This document shows, one piece after another, positions 37,147 through 45,564 of a stretch of 64,000 nt of DNA (positions are counted from its first letter, which is position 1; every line of letters starts with the position of its first letter). The DNA comes from Spirochaetia bacterium (lineage in GTDB: Bacteria > Spirochaetota > Spirochaetia > SZUA-6 > Bin103). A program made the position numbers and the translations under genes. The stretch covers positions 736,001 to 800,000 of the forward strand of contig CBDBOV010000003.1 of NCBI GenBank assembly GCA_965208575.1, read 5' to 3'. Below the pieces are notes generated by a model. That model did no database searches and was not told where the DNA came from. It saw nothing but the letters and a program-made list of their open reading frames with translations.

Positions 37147-38853
37147 ATGAAGAGAGTCATTCTCGTGCCGGTGCTTGCGGCGCTGGCGGCATTCGCCTTT
37201 GCGGGCGGCGACGGCGAAGGTGCGGCCGGGGAAGGCCCGGCGCTCAATCCGCCCGGCACCTACCCGGTCGTGAACGAGCCCTACTCGTTCACGGCGGTGG
37301 CCTACTACAGCTCCAGCACCTCGACCGGCAACCCGGACGACGTGTGGTTCGCCGACTACATCGCCGACCTCACCGGCATCCGCGTCGACTTCCTGGAGAT
37401 GATCGAGGCCAACAACGCGCAGGAGCGGTTCAACCTGATCCTCGCGTCCGGCGACCTGCCGGAGCTGCTCATTCCGCACGGCACGCTTACCGCGCAGCAG
37501 GTGTTCACGCATGGCCGCAACGGCACGTTCCTGGCGCTCAACGACCTGATCGACGCGCGCATGCCGGAGTACAAGCAGCGCCTCGAGGAAGAGCCGGAAG
37601 TGGCCGACCGCCTCACCATGCCGGACGGCAACATCTACTCCACCGTCGACCTGGAAGCCAACTGCTTCCATTGCCAGTACTCGGTGAAGATGTGGCTGTA
37701 CAAGCCGTGGGTGGACAAGCTCGGCCTGGAGTGGCCGGAGACCACCGAGGACTTCTACAACGTGCTCAAGGCGTTCAAGGAGCAGGATCCCAACGGCAAC
37801 GGCAAGGCGGACGAGGTGCCGCTGCTCGGCGCCACCACGAGCTGGCGCACCGATCCGTTCGGCTTCCTGATGAACTCGTTCGTCTACACGGTGATGCCGC
37901 AGCACCTGAACAACTACGGCTCGTTCCTGGAGCGCGACGGCGACCAGGTGCGCTTCGTGGCCGACACGCCGGAGTGGCGTGAGGGCCTGAAGTACATGCA
38001 CCGCCTGGCGTCCGAGGGGCTGCTCGCCGAGGAGACGTTCGTGTGGCGGCGCGAGGAGAGCCGCCAGTTGGTGGAGAATCCCGAAGCCGAGATGGTGGGC
38101 GCGTATCCGTCCGGCTGGTTTGGCGTATTGACCATCAACGGAGCCGGCACCGGCCGCTTTGCCGGTTTCAAGGCGGTGGCGCCGCTGACCGGCCCGGACG
38201 GCACCAGGCAGGCGTCGTTCTTCCCGTTCTCCATGCGCTACCAGGCGGAAATCACCAACCAGGCCCGCCATCCGCAAGTGATCGCCCAGTACCTGGACTA
38301 CTTCCACCAGTCGGACCCCGAGACTCAGCAGATCGTCGGCGGGCGCCGCGAGGGCATCGAGTGGCGCTACCTCACCGACGACGAGTTGAAGATGGGGCTG
38401 GTCGGACGCGACGGCACTCCCGCCACCATGAAGAACCTGAAGGCGCTGCCGTTCGGCACCGAGCTGCACGAAACCGGCTGGCCGCGCACCGCGCCGGGGC
38501 GCTGGTCGCGCTACGCCTACTCGGCGCTCGATCCGGAGTGGGCGGACGATCCGTCGAAGCAGGAGTACCACCTGATGGTGTGGACGCGCGACCTGATGCA
38601 GCCCTACCGCGTCGAGAAGCACATGACGCCCGACCTGGTGTTCGAGGGCGCGGTGGAGGATGAACTGGTCGACCTGCAGGAGCTGATCACCAGCGCCACC
38701 GGCCTGGTCATGCAGCGCTCCACGCAGTTCGTGCTCGGCGACCTGGACATTCACTCCGACGCCGACTGGAACAACTACGTGGCCGAGCTCGAGCGCGCCG
38801 GCGCCAAGCGCTACGAAGAGATCTGGCAGGAGACCCTGCTGGCCAACATGTAG
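37147..38853 (+). CDS. Extracellular solute-binding protein (family 1, LplA-like)
   Basis: Signal peptide MKRVIL...AFAGG; 'LASGDLPE', 'PDGNIYS' and 'LKAFKEQDPNGNGKADEVP'. SD AAGGAG; TTGACA at 37061. Confidence 0.9.
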   Translation: MKRVILVPVLAALAAFAFAGGDGEGAAGEGPALNPPGTYPVVNEPYSFTAVAYYSSSTSTGNPDDVWFADYIADLTGIRVDFLEMIEANNAQERFNLILASGDLPELLIPHGTLTAQQVFTHGRNGTFLALNDLIDARMPEYKQRLEEEPEVADRLTMPDGNIYSTVDLEANCFHCQYSVKMWLYKPWVDKLGLEWPETTEDFYNVLKAFKEQDPNGNGKADEVPLLGATTSWRTDPFGFLMNSFVYTVMPQHLNNYGSFLERDGDQVRFVADTPEWREGLKYMHRLASEGLLAEETFVWRREESRQLVENPEAEMVGAYPSGWFGVLTINGAGTGRFAGFKAVAPLTGPDGTRQASFFPFSMRYQAEITNQARHPQVIAQYLDYFHQSDPETQQIVGGRREGIEWRYLTDDELKMGLVGRDGTPATMKNLKALPFGTELHETGWPRTAPGRWSRYAYSALDPEWADDPSKQEYHLMVWTRDLMQPYRVEKHMTPDLVFEGAVEDELVDLQELITSATGLVMQRSTQFVLGDLDIHSDADWNNYVAELERAGAKRYEEIWQETLLANM

Positions 38854-39133
38854 CGAAACTGCTGGCAGTTTCTTGCTTGCAGGCTGACGGCCGGGGCACG
38901 CCGACGCGCGCGTCCCGGCCTCTTTGTGCCCGCGCCGCGTCCGTCAGTGCCGCCGCGCCAGGCGCGTCAGGTCAGAGGCAGTCGGGAAGGCCTTCGGTCC
39001 AGCGGCCGAATGGGAGCGACGCCGGTCTGGCCGTCACGGTTGACCCGGCCATCCGCAACCGGTCTCCTCCCATGTTGTCGCCGGCGGTCGGCGATGCCGG
39101 GCTCCGGGCGCGGCGCCTTGCGGCGCCGGGCTG

Positions 39134-39925
39134 TCAGTGTGTCGCGGAGCGCCCGCCGCGCTGCAGCGGGTCCTGGCGGTAGAAGGCGGCGAGTTGCCGG
39201 TACACGCCGGGATATTGCCCGTGTAGCGCATCCGGCTGCTCGAAAAACAGCTCGCTGGTGACGGCGAAGAACTCGGCCGGGTTCTCGGCGGCGTACAGGT
39301 CGACCGCGCCCTCGCGGCCGGCGCGCTCGTCGGCGCAGATCCGCTCGTAGGCGCCGCCGAGCTCGCGGTGCCACGCCTCGGGGTCCATGTCGCGGTGCAG
39401 GGCGGGGCGGCCGTTCATGGCGCCGTCGAGCAGGTCCAGCTTGTGCGCCGCCTCGTGAATCACCACGTTGCAGCCGTGCCCCCAGCCCGACTCCTCCACG
39501 TCTTCCCAGGACAGTACGACCGGCCCCTCGTCCCACGCCTCGCCGGCCAACTCCTCCTCCCACTCGCGCACCACGCCGCTGTCGTCGGTCTCTTCCATCT
39601 CCGCGGCAAACGCCTGCGGCAACAGCACGACGGTGCGCCAGCCGCGGTACCACTCGAAGCCGAGCCCCAGGATCGGCAAACACGCTTGCGCCGCCACTAC
39701 CAGCCGGTACAGCGTCTCGTCCTCCTCCAGGCCGCGCACCTCGAACCGCTTGCGGCGCAGAAACCGCTCCACCAGCTCCTTCAGGCGGGCATCTTCGTCC
39801 GTGGTGAGGCGGGCCAGGATCGGGTGCTGCTCGCGCACCCAGCGCCACTGCTCCGCCGACACCGCCCCGCGCCGCGGGCGGCCGCGGCGCCATGGCCACG
39901 CGCGTCCGGTGCTGGTCTCCGCCAT
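39134..39925 (-). CDS. mtfA: Zinc-dependent peptidase M90 (MtfA family)
   Basis: 'GEAWDEGPVVLSW', 'NVVIHEAAHKLD' and 'YAAENPAEFFAVTSELFFE.P'. Confidence 0.88.
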   Translation of the reverse strand: MAETSTGRAWPWRRGRPRRGAVSAEQWRWVREQHPILARLTTDEDARLKELVERFLRRKRFEVRGLEEDETLYRLVVAAQACLPILGLGFEWYRGWRTVVLLPQAFAAEMEETDDSGVVREWEEELAGEAWDEGPVVLSWEDVEESGWGHGCNVVIHEAAHKLDLLDGAMNGRPALHRDMDPEAWHRELGGAYERICADERAGREGAVDLYAAENPAEFFAVTSELFFEQPDALHGQYPGVYRQLAAFYRQDPLQRGGRSATH

Positions 39926-40079
39926 GGGCCGACGCTACCGGGATGTGATCGCTCGCGCAGGCGAGCGAAGATCCGGCAGGCGAGCACGCCGCAGACCGAA
40001 GGGCCAACCGCCCAGGCACGGCTCCGCCGATGCATTCACGATGCTGCCTCCTTGCGGCATCGGGCGATCCGCGCCCCCG

Positions 40080-41144
40080 TCACCGCGGCGCTACGCACGT
40101 CAGAGCCTCCACGCAGCACGCCGTGGTGAAGGCTTCGGAACCGAAGCCAAGGTTCGTGCCGGGCTGACCGAGCCAGGCGAGACACTCCGGCCAGCCGCCG
40201 TCGGCGCGCTGCGCCTCCAGCAGCCGGCCGACCGCCATCCGTACCACCTCCGCCCGAGCATCAGCGCACAGGCGGTGCAACGCCGTCACCGCCTGCGCGG
40301 TGCGCATGATGTCCCCAAACCCGCCGTCCGGCTGCCGGCAGGACAGGATCCGGGCTGCCAGCGCCGCCTGCTGCCGGGCGAACACCGGCGGAGCAAGGCG
40401 GCGCGCGCGGGCCAGCGCCACGTACAGATCGATGGGAAAGGGATAGTAGTGCAGGGAGAGATCTCGTTCGCCGCCGTCCGCGACCAGCGTCTCGAGCCAG
40501 TCTTGCGCCGCGCGCGTCTCCGGACGGTCGCCCAGGTACGCCACGACGTTGGCATTGACCACGGAGTCGACCGGATTCAGGGCGTGGCTCACTCGTTCCG
40601 GCCCGGCCATCCAGGTTCGGAACCGGCCCGCGCGGTCGCGGAACGACGCCAGGAGCGCGACGTTGCGTGCCAGCAGCAGCCAGAGGTGGGGACCGGCCGC
40701 CAGCGAGCAGATCGCGGTGTCGTCGAGGTCGGGCGGGAGCCGGGGCCAGTAGCGCCACACTCCGGGGTATCCGATACAGGCGTGCAGGAACGTCCGGGTG
40801 CGCCGGCGCAGCCGCTCGGCGACCGGGTCGTCACACCCCTGCAGCGCCAGCAACCCGAGTCCGGCGACGAACGGCGGATACTCGGCAGCACCCGGGCCAT
40901 CCATCGCGCGGTTCGCGTGACGCCGCATCGGCCAGGCACCGTGCGCCGTCACGGCGTCCCGGAGAAAGCGCAGGCCACGCGCAATCGCCCCGGCGACAGG
41001 CTCCCCCGGGCCGTCCCGCCGCGCTGTCCGCGGCGGCGCGGGCGGGTCTGCGCACGTCACCGTGCAACGCTCGTGGCCGCGCGGCGCAGCCCGCTCTCGC
41101 GGTCCGGCGGTGGAGTGCAGGCTGGTGCAGGTTGGTCTCGCCAA
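40080..41144 (-). CDS. Monodomain class II terpene cyclase-like protein (prenyltransferase/squalene-oxidase repeats, DxDD)
   Basis: 'PPDLDDTA' DxDDTA motif, 'VDSVVNANVVAYLG', and QW-like repeats 'RQPDGGFG' and 'AQRADGGW'. Start uncertain. Confidence 0.75.
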   Translation of the reverse strand: MARPTCTSLHSTAGPRERAAPRGHERCTVTCADPPAPPRTARRDGPGEPVAGAIARGLRFLRDAVTAHGAWPMRRHANRAMDGPGAAEYPPFVAGLGLLALQGCDDPVAERLRRRTRTFLHACIGYPGVWRYWPRLPPDLDDTAICSLAAGPHLWLLLARNVALLASFRDRAGRFRTWMAGPERVSHALNPVDSVVNANVVAYLGDRPETRAAQDWLETLVADGGERDLSLHYYPFPIDLYVALARARRLAPPVFARQQAALAARILSCRQPDGGFGDIMRTAQAVTALHRLCADARAEVVRMAVGRLLEAQRADGGWPECLAWLGQPGTNLGFGSEAFTTACCVEALTCVAPR

Positions 41145-41205
41145 AACGCCGGTCTCCGTTGGGCACTCGCACCCTGCTGCCTTGACCGCGGAAACGGAGA
41201 CCCGG

Positions 41206-42528
41206 TCAACTCCACTCGACGGTCAGGTGCCTCAGTCCCCGAAACGTGAACGCCCGAAGGATATCGGGAACGCCGCCGTCCGCCAACCGCATGTGGGGCA
41301 GGCGCCGGGTCAATTCCTCCAGGATGATCCTCATCGCGAGTCGGGAAAGCGGCGCACCGAGGCAGAAGTGCGGGCCATGTCCGAACGACAGATGTTCACG
41401 CGCATTGTCACGGTCGATGACCATCCGCTCGCCGTCCGCGAACACGGTCTCGTCGCGATTGCCGGAGGCGCGCAGCAGCATGATCCTCGCGCCGCGCGCG
41501 ATGCGCCGACCGCCCACCTCCGTGTCGCGGGTCACCAGGCGCGGAGACACCAGCACGGGCGCGCACAAGCGCAGGATCTCTTCGACCGCGTTGGGGATGA
41601 GCGCGCGATCGGCACACAGCCGCTGCCACGGTACGCGTTCGTCGAGCAGCCTCCGGATGCCGCCGGCAAGGGTGTGGCTCACGTTGTCCACGGCCGAACT
41701 CTGCAGCAGGAACGCGATGTTGTGGAGATAGTTGTCCGTAAACAGCGACGGGTCCGTGCACCGGGCGCGGATCGCCGCGCCGAGGTAGTCGTCGCCCGGC
41801 CGCTCGATGGCGCGCGCCACCAGCCTGCCGGAGGAGGCCCACAACCGGACGACGGCGTTCATCAGCGACACTTGCGCGTCTTCGGACCACGCGCCCCACG
41901 TTTCGAGCCGGCGCATCCCTCCCGGCCAGGAGGCGAGGTCGGCATCGTCGTCCGCACCGAGCAGGCGCACCATCATCAGGTACGCCGCCGGTCTCAGAAG
42001 CTCGGCGAGAAGGTCCGCGCGACCGTCATCGACGAAGCGGTCGATCCGGTGGGTGACGATCGCGCGGATTTCCGGCTCCAGCGGCGCGACGCGGCGGGCG
42101 GAAAGGCCGTCGCCGAACAAACGCCGGTGGCGGCGGTGGGTCGGCGGATCCTCGTCCACCAGCGCCGGCTCCAGCCGCATGCCGGACGAATCGTAGAGTT
42201 CCCGCGCCCGCGGGCACAGCGACCGCGCCGCTACGGGCTCGCGGACGATGGCCGACGAGAAGGTTGCCGGATCCGTGAACACCGCGCGGATGTCGCGGTA
42301 TCGGGCAACCGCCCACCAGCCGACTTCGGGAACGTGCAGCACCGGCTCCTCGGCCCTCGCCCACGCGAAGAATCGGTAGGGGTCGGCGAAGTAGCCGGTC
42401 AGCAGCGATTCGCGCACGTTCCCGGCATGCGCGGCGATCATCTGCTCGAACCGCGTCGTTGCCGGTGCCGTTCCCTGTTCCGGCGGCCGCTCCTGCCGCG
42501 GCTCAGGGCCGTGTTGCCGGCGGTGCAC
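41206..42528 (-). CDS. Cytochrome P450 (CYP116-like heme domain, no fused reductase), copy B
   Basis: EEILRL, SFGHGPHFCLG and 'LEELTRRLPHMRL...FRGLRHLTVEW'. The I-helix reads SSAVDN. Confidence 0.9.
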   Translation of the reverse strand: MHRRQHGPEPRQERPPEQGTAPATTRFEQMIAAHAGNVRESLLTGYFADPYRFFAWARAEEPVLHVPEVGWWAVARYRDIRAVFTDPATFSSAIVREPVAARSLCPRARELYDSSGMRLEPALVDEDPPTHRRHRRLFGDGLSARRVAPLEPEIRAIVTHRIDRFVDDGRADLLAELLRPAAYLMMVRLLGADDDADLASWPGGMRRLETWGAWSEDAQVSLMNAVVRLWASSGRLVARAIERPGDDYLGAAIRARCTDPSLFTDNYLHNIAFLLQSSAVDNVSHTLAGGIRRLLDERVPWQRLCADRALIPNAVEEILRLCAPVLVSPRLVTRDTEVGGRRIARGARIMLLRASGNRDETVFADGERMVIDRDNAREHLSFGHGPHFCLGAPLSRLAMRIILEELTRRLPHMRLADGGVPDILRAFTFRGLRHLTVEWS

Positions 42529-43832
42529 TACCGGTGGGCGGCCCCGCTACCGCCGCCGGTGCCGGTCCACTCGACCGTGAGGTGCTTCAGCCCGCGGAAC
42601 GTGAACGTCCGGAAGATGTCGGCACCGCCGCCGCCGCCGTCCGCCAGCCGCAAGCCCGGCAGGCGGCGGGTCAACTCCTCCAGGATGATCTTCATCTCCA
42701 GCCGGGCAAGCGGCGCCCCGAGGCAGAAATGCGGGCCGTGCCCGAACGAGAGGTGATCGCGGGCGTTTTCGCGGTCAATGGCCATCCGTTCGCCGTCCGG
42801 GAACACCTCTTCGTCGCGATTGCCCGACGCGAGCAGCAGCAGAATCCGCGCACCGGCGGGAATGGGTCGGCCGCCCACCTCGGTGGCGCGGGTCGCGAGG
42901 CGCGGGAACGCCAGCAGCGGCGTGCCGAAACGCAGGATCTCTTCGACCGCGTTGGGGATGAGCCCCGGGTCGGCGCACAGCCGACGCCACGGCGTCCGGT
43001 CGTCGAGCATGGTCCTGATGCCGTGGGCAAGCGCATGGCTCTGGTTGTCGGCGCCGGCGGTCTGCAGCAGGAACGCGACGTTGTGGAGGTAGTTGTCCGT
43101 GAACAGCGACGGCTGTGCGCGCCGGGCGCGCACCGCGTCGCCGAGGTAGTTGTCGCCGGGATGCTCGATCGCGTTTCTCACCAGCCAGCCGCTGACGCAC
43201 CACAAGCGGGCGACCATGTGCATGTGGGAGATCTGCGCGGCCTCCGTCGGCGTTCCCCAGGTTTCCACGCGGGGCATCCCGCCCGGCCAGTCGGACAGGT
43301 CGAAGTGGTCGTCTTCCCCGCCGAGCAGGTGGAACGTCATCCGGCTCGCCGCGGGCTGCAGGAGCCGGGAGAGCAGGTCCGCGCGCCGGTCATCGGCGAA
43401 GCGGTCGATCTGGCTGGTGACGATGGCGCGGATCTTCGGCTCGAGCCGCGCCACGCGGCGTGCGGAGAGGCCCTCGCCGAACAAGCGGCGGTGGCGTCGG
43501 TGGGTCGCCGGCTCCTCGTCGGCGAGCGTCGGCTCCAGCCGCACGCCGGCCGACGCATGGATCTCGCTCGCCCGCGGGCACAGCGGGGTGATCGGCTGGC
43601 GGACAATGGATGACGAGAAGGTGACCGGATCCCTGAACACCGAGCGGATGTCGCGGTAACGGGCAACCGCCCACCAGCCGACTTCCGGAAGGTGCAGCAC
43701 CGGCGCCTCGGCCCTGGCCCAGGCGAAGAACCGGAACGGGTCGCCAAAGTAGCCGGCCAGCGGCGAATCGCGCTCCTGCGTGCCATGGGCCGCGATCAAC
43801 TCCTCGAACCTCGTTACGCCGCGTACTGTCAC
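42528..43832 (-). CDS. Cytochrome P450 (CYP116-like heme domain, no fused reductase), copy A
   Basis: EEILRF and SFGHGPHFCLGAPLARLE. The I-helix reads TAGADN. Clear paralogue of copy B, with a TAG/GTG overlap. Confidence 0.9.
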   Translation of the reverse strand: MTVRGVTRFEELIAAHGTQERDSPLAGYFGDPFRFFAWARAEAPVLHLPEVGWWAVARYRDIRSVFRDPVTFSSSIVRQPITPLCPRASEIHASAGVRLEPTLADEEPATHRRHRRLFGEGLSARRVARLEPKIRAIVTSQIDRFADDRRADLLSRLLQPAASRMTFHLLGGEDDHFDLSDWPGGMPRVETWGTPTEAAQISHMHMVARLWCVSGWLVRNAIEHPGDNYLGDAVRARRAQPSLFTDNYLHNVAFLLQTAGADNQSHALAHGIRTMLDDRTPWRRLCADPGLIPNAVEEILRFGTPLLAFPRLATRATEVGGRPIPAGARILLLLASGNRDEEVFPDGERMAIDRENARDHLSFGHGPHFCLGAPLARLEMKIILEELTRRLPGLRLADGGGGGADIFRTFTFRGLKHLTVEWTGTGGGSGAAHR

Positions 43833-43857
43833 CGCGTTCCCCCCGTAAGCGTTCGAC

Positions 43858-43885
43858 GCGCAGCGTTGCGCCGGCAACGCTGCGC
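43858..43885. other. Perfect 12-bp stem hairpin in the RiPP maturase operon
   Basis: GCGCAGCGTTGC-gccg-GCAACGCTGCGC. Confidence 0.7.
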
Positions 43886-43917
43886 ATCAACCTGGTGCAC
43901 GCCGCCGCCGCCGTACG

Positions 43918-45033
43918 CTACCCGCGCCGCGCGTGGCCGGCGGCGGGAGTCTGTCTGCCGTACCACGAGCTGAGTGTCTCGAACGTGCGGTAACCGGCGG
44001 CCGGGTACGCCTTGGCTTCCAGCGCGGCGCCGGCGCCCCCGTCGTCCGCATCGAACGAAACCTTGACGTGATGGAGGCCGGTGAACACCCCGAACGTGTC
44101 CCGCCCGCGGAACACGAGTTCCCGTCCGGGCCAGACGGCCAGCGCGTCCAACTTCTCCGGCAGACACAGTCCCGCTGCGCACAGCCGGGCGAGGAAGGGG
44201 CGCCAGCCGGCGACACCGGCGTGCTGCAGCCTGCCCGGCTCGCCCTGGAACAGTTCGAGTCCGACGCGGGGTACGACGCCGGCCGCGGTTACGCCGACCG
44301 CCAGCCGGAGCGAGCGAAACGACCCCTCGAACGCGGCCAGGAAGGCGGCGACTTTGCCGCCCGGTCCCCGCCACCGCAGCCCTTCCAGCAGCGGCAGCGC
44401 ACACGCCGGTTCCAGGGTGCGGCTGACGACCTTGAACGCTCGACCCGCGCGCCCCGGCATGATCCCGATGCAATCGACCATGCCGCCGGCCGCCGCCAGC
44501 CCGTCGAACGTCCGCTCCAGCGCTCCTCGCTCCGCGCCGGTCAAGCGCCAGCCGGCGGCGCCCGCGATCCACGCTCCCACGGTCTGCGCCGCCGGAAACC
44601 CGGCAGCGCCCTGGGCCGCCAGGTCGGATCGAATCCGTACGAACCGCCCATGGGGGCCACCCGGAGAGCCGGACGTGAGGTCGAACTCGATGCCCATGTC
44701 GTCGGCCCACGGTGCGCTCTCCTCGATCGCGGCCAGATGGTCGCCGAACCCGGCGGCGGGGGACCCCGCCGCCGCCCGCTCGCCTTGCCGCACGTAGTGC
44801 TCGGCGAGCCGACTCCCGCGCCGCACTGCCATGTAGAGGTCGGTTCCGGCCGCCGGGTCGCCGAGCCGCAGCTCGAAACCGAAGCCGGTGCCCGGGTCGA
44901 CCGGCAGTCCGCGGACCGCCTCGCGCAGGCGGAGCCAGCCGGCGCCGTCGATCAGCACCGGGGAAATCGCCCGCGAGAGGGCGTCGAGGACTGCGCCGAA
45001 CGCGGAGGCGGCATCGGCCGCCGGCAGGACCAT
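43918..45033 (-). CDS. Unannotated RiPP-cluster protein, putative ABBA-type aromatic prenyltransferase (paralogue 1)
   Basis: Shares FGFE.RL, EF/YD, PR.GLEL, CLP.K, GLHHVK and AK.Y motifs with 45565..46554. The function is inferred from context and motif pattern. Confidence 0.55.
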   Translation of the reverse strand: MVLPAADAASAFGAVLDALSRAISPVLIDGAGWLRLREAVRGLPVDPGTGFGFELRLGDPAAGTDLYMAVRRGSRLAEHYVRQGERAAAGSPAAGFGDHLAAIEESAPWADDMGIEFDLTSGSPGGPHGRFVRIRSDLAAQGAAGFPAAQTVGAWIAGAAGWRLTGAERGALERTFDGLAAAGGMVDCIGIMPGRAGRAFKVVSRTLEPACALPLLEGLRWRGPGGKVAAFLAAFEGSFRSLRLAVGVTAAGVVPRVGLELFQGEPGRLQHAGVAGWRPFLARLCAAGLCLPEKLDALAVWPGRELVFRGRDTFGVFTGLHHVKVSFDADDGGAGAALEAKAYPAAGYRTFETLSSWYGRQTPAAGHARRG

Positions 45034-45131
45034 CCGCCGCAGCGTCCGGTTCCGGTGAGCGGCGTGTCAACGGCCGCCGTCCGCAGGCGACGGCACGAAC
45101 ATCACGAAAGATCGACCTTTTCCCCGTATCA

Positions 45132-45159
45132 TTTACAACAGTACACAATATGTTATGGT
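45132..45159 (+). promoter_or_regulatory. Candidate sigma70 promoter for the precursor operon
   Basis: AT-rich island reading TTTACA-16 bp-(TGt)TATGGT, overlapped by an ATGGT-n6-ACCAT inverted repeat. Confidence 0.5.
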
Positions 45160-45244
45160 ATTTTGACCATGTTGTTCGAGATCCGAGGTTTCCGTGCGAC
45201 GCCATCGCGGGGAATCAATCATGTCGACAACGAAGGAGACTTCG

Positions 45245-45517
45245 ATGAGTACGATCGAAACGACCAGCGGCGCGATGACCGCAACCGAGCTGCGCGATCA
45301 ACTGTTCGCGAGGGCAGCCGATGACGACGAGTTCCGCTCGCGGCTCCTGGCGGATCCGAGTGCCCTCCTGCGCGACGACTACGGCATCGTCCTGCCGGAG
45401 AACCTGAAGCTCCACGTCCACGAGGAAGACGCGACGACCGCTCACCTGGTGCTGCCGCGCTCCCAAAAGCTCACCGAAGAGGAACTCGCGTCCACCTCCG
45501 GTTCGTCGTATTACTGA
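45245..45517 (+). CDS. NHLP (nitrile hydratase-like leader) RiPP precursor, 90 aa, core (S)SYY
   Basis: SD AAGGAG. 'RAADDDEFRSRLLADP...GIVLPENLKLHVHEED...HLVLP...LTEEELASTSG|SSYY' is an NHLP leader with an ELxxxSG(G/S) cleavage motif. Confidence 0.9.
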   Translation: MSTIETTSGAMTATELRDQLFARAADDDEFRSRLLADPSALLRDDYGIVLPENLKLHVHEEDATTAHLVLPRSQKLTEEELASTSGSSYY

Positions 45518-45564
45518 TCGCGTCGCTGGGACGCGGTGGCGCCGGATTCGCCGCTGTCCTGCGC

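Noticed and set aside
38855-38880. Terminator after the solute-binding gene
   Set aside because: A short GAAACTG/CAGTTTC stem with a weak U-tract; too marginal to call.
39134-39925. M90 peptidase as part of the RiPP cluster
   Set aside because: It is co-oriented and adjacent, but MtfA-family genes are widespread stand-alone genes and the C39 domain already supplies leader cleavage. There is no positive evidence of membership.
45245-45517. Nitrile hydratase alpha subunit fragment
   Set aside because: It lacks the CxxCSC metal site, has an ELxxxSG leader end, and sits beside the NHLP exporter.
41206-45517. Classical biarylitide, lanthipeptide or TOMM cluster
   Set aside because: I noticed no MxYxH-type pentapeptide. 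There is no LanM, YcaO or radical SAM gene and no Cys in the core. P450 Tyr-Tyr coupling is not excluded, but the class does not fit.
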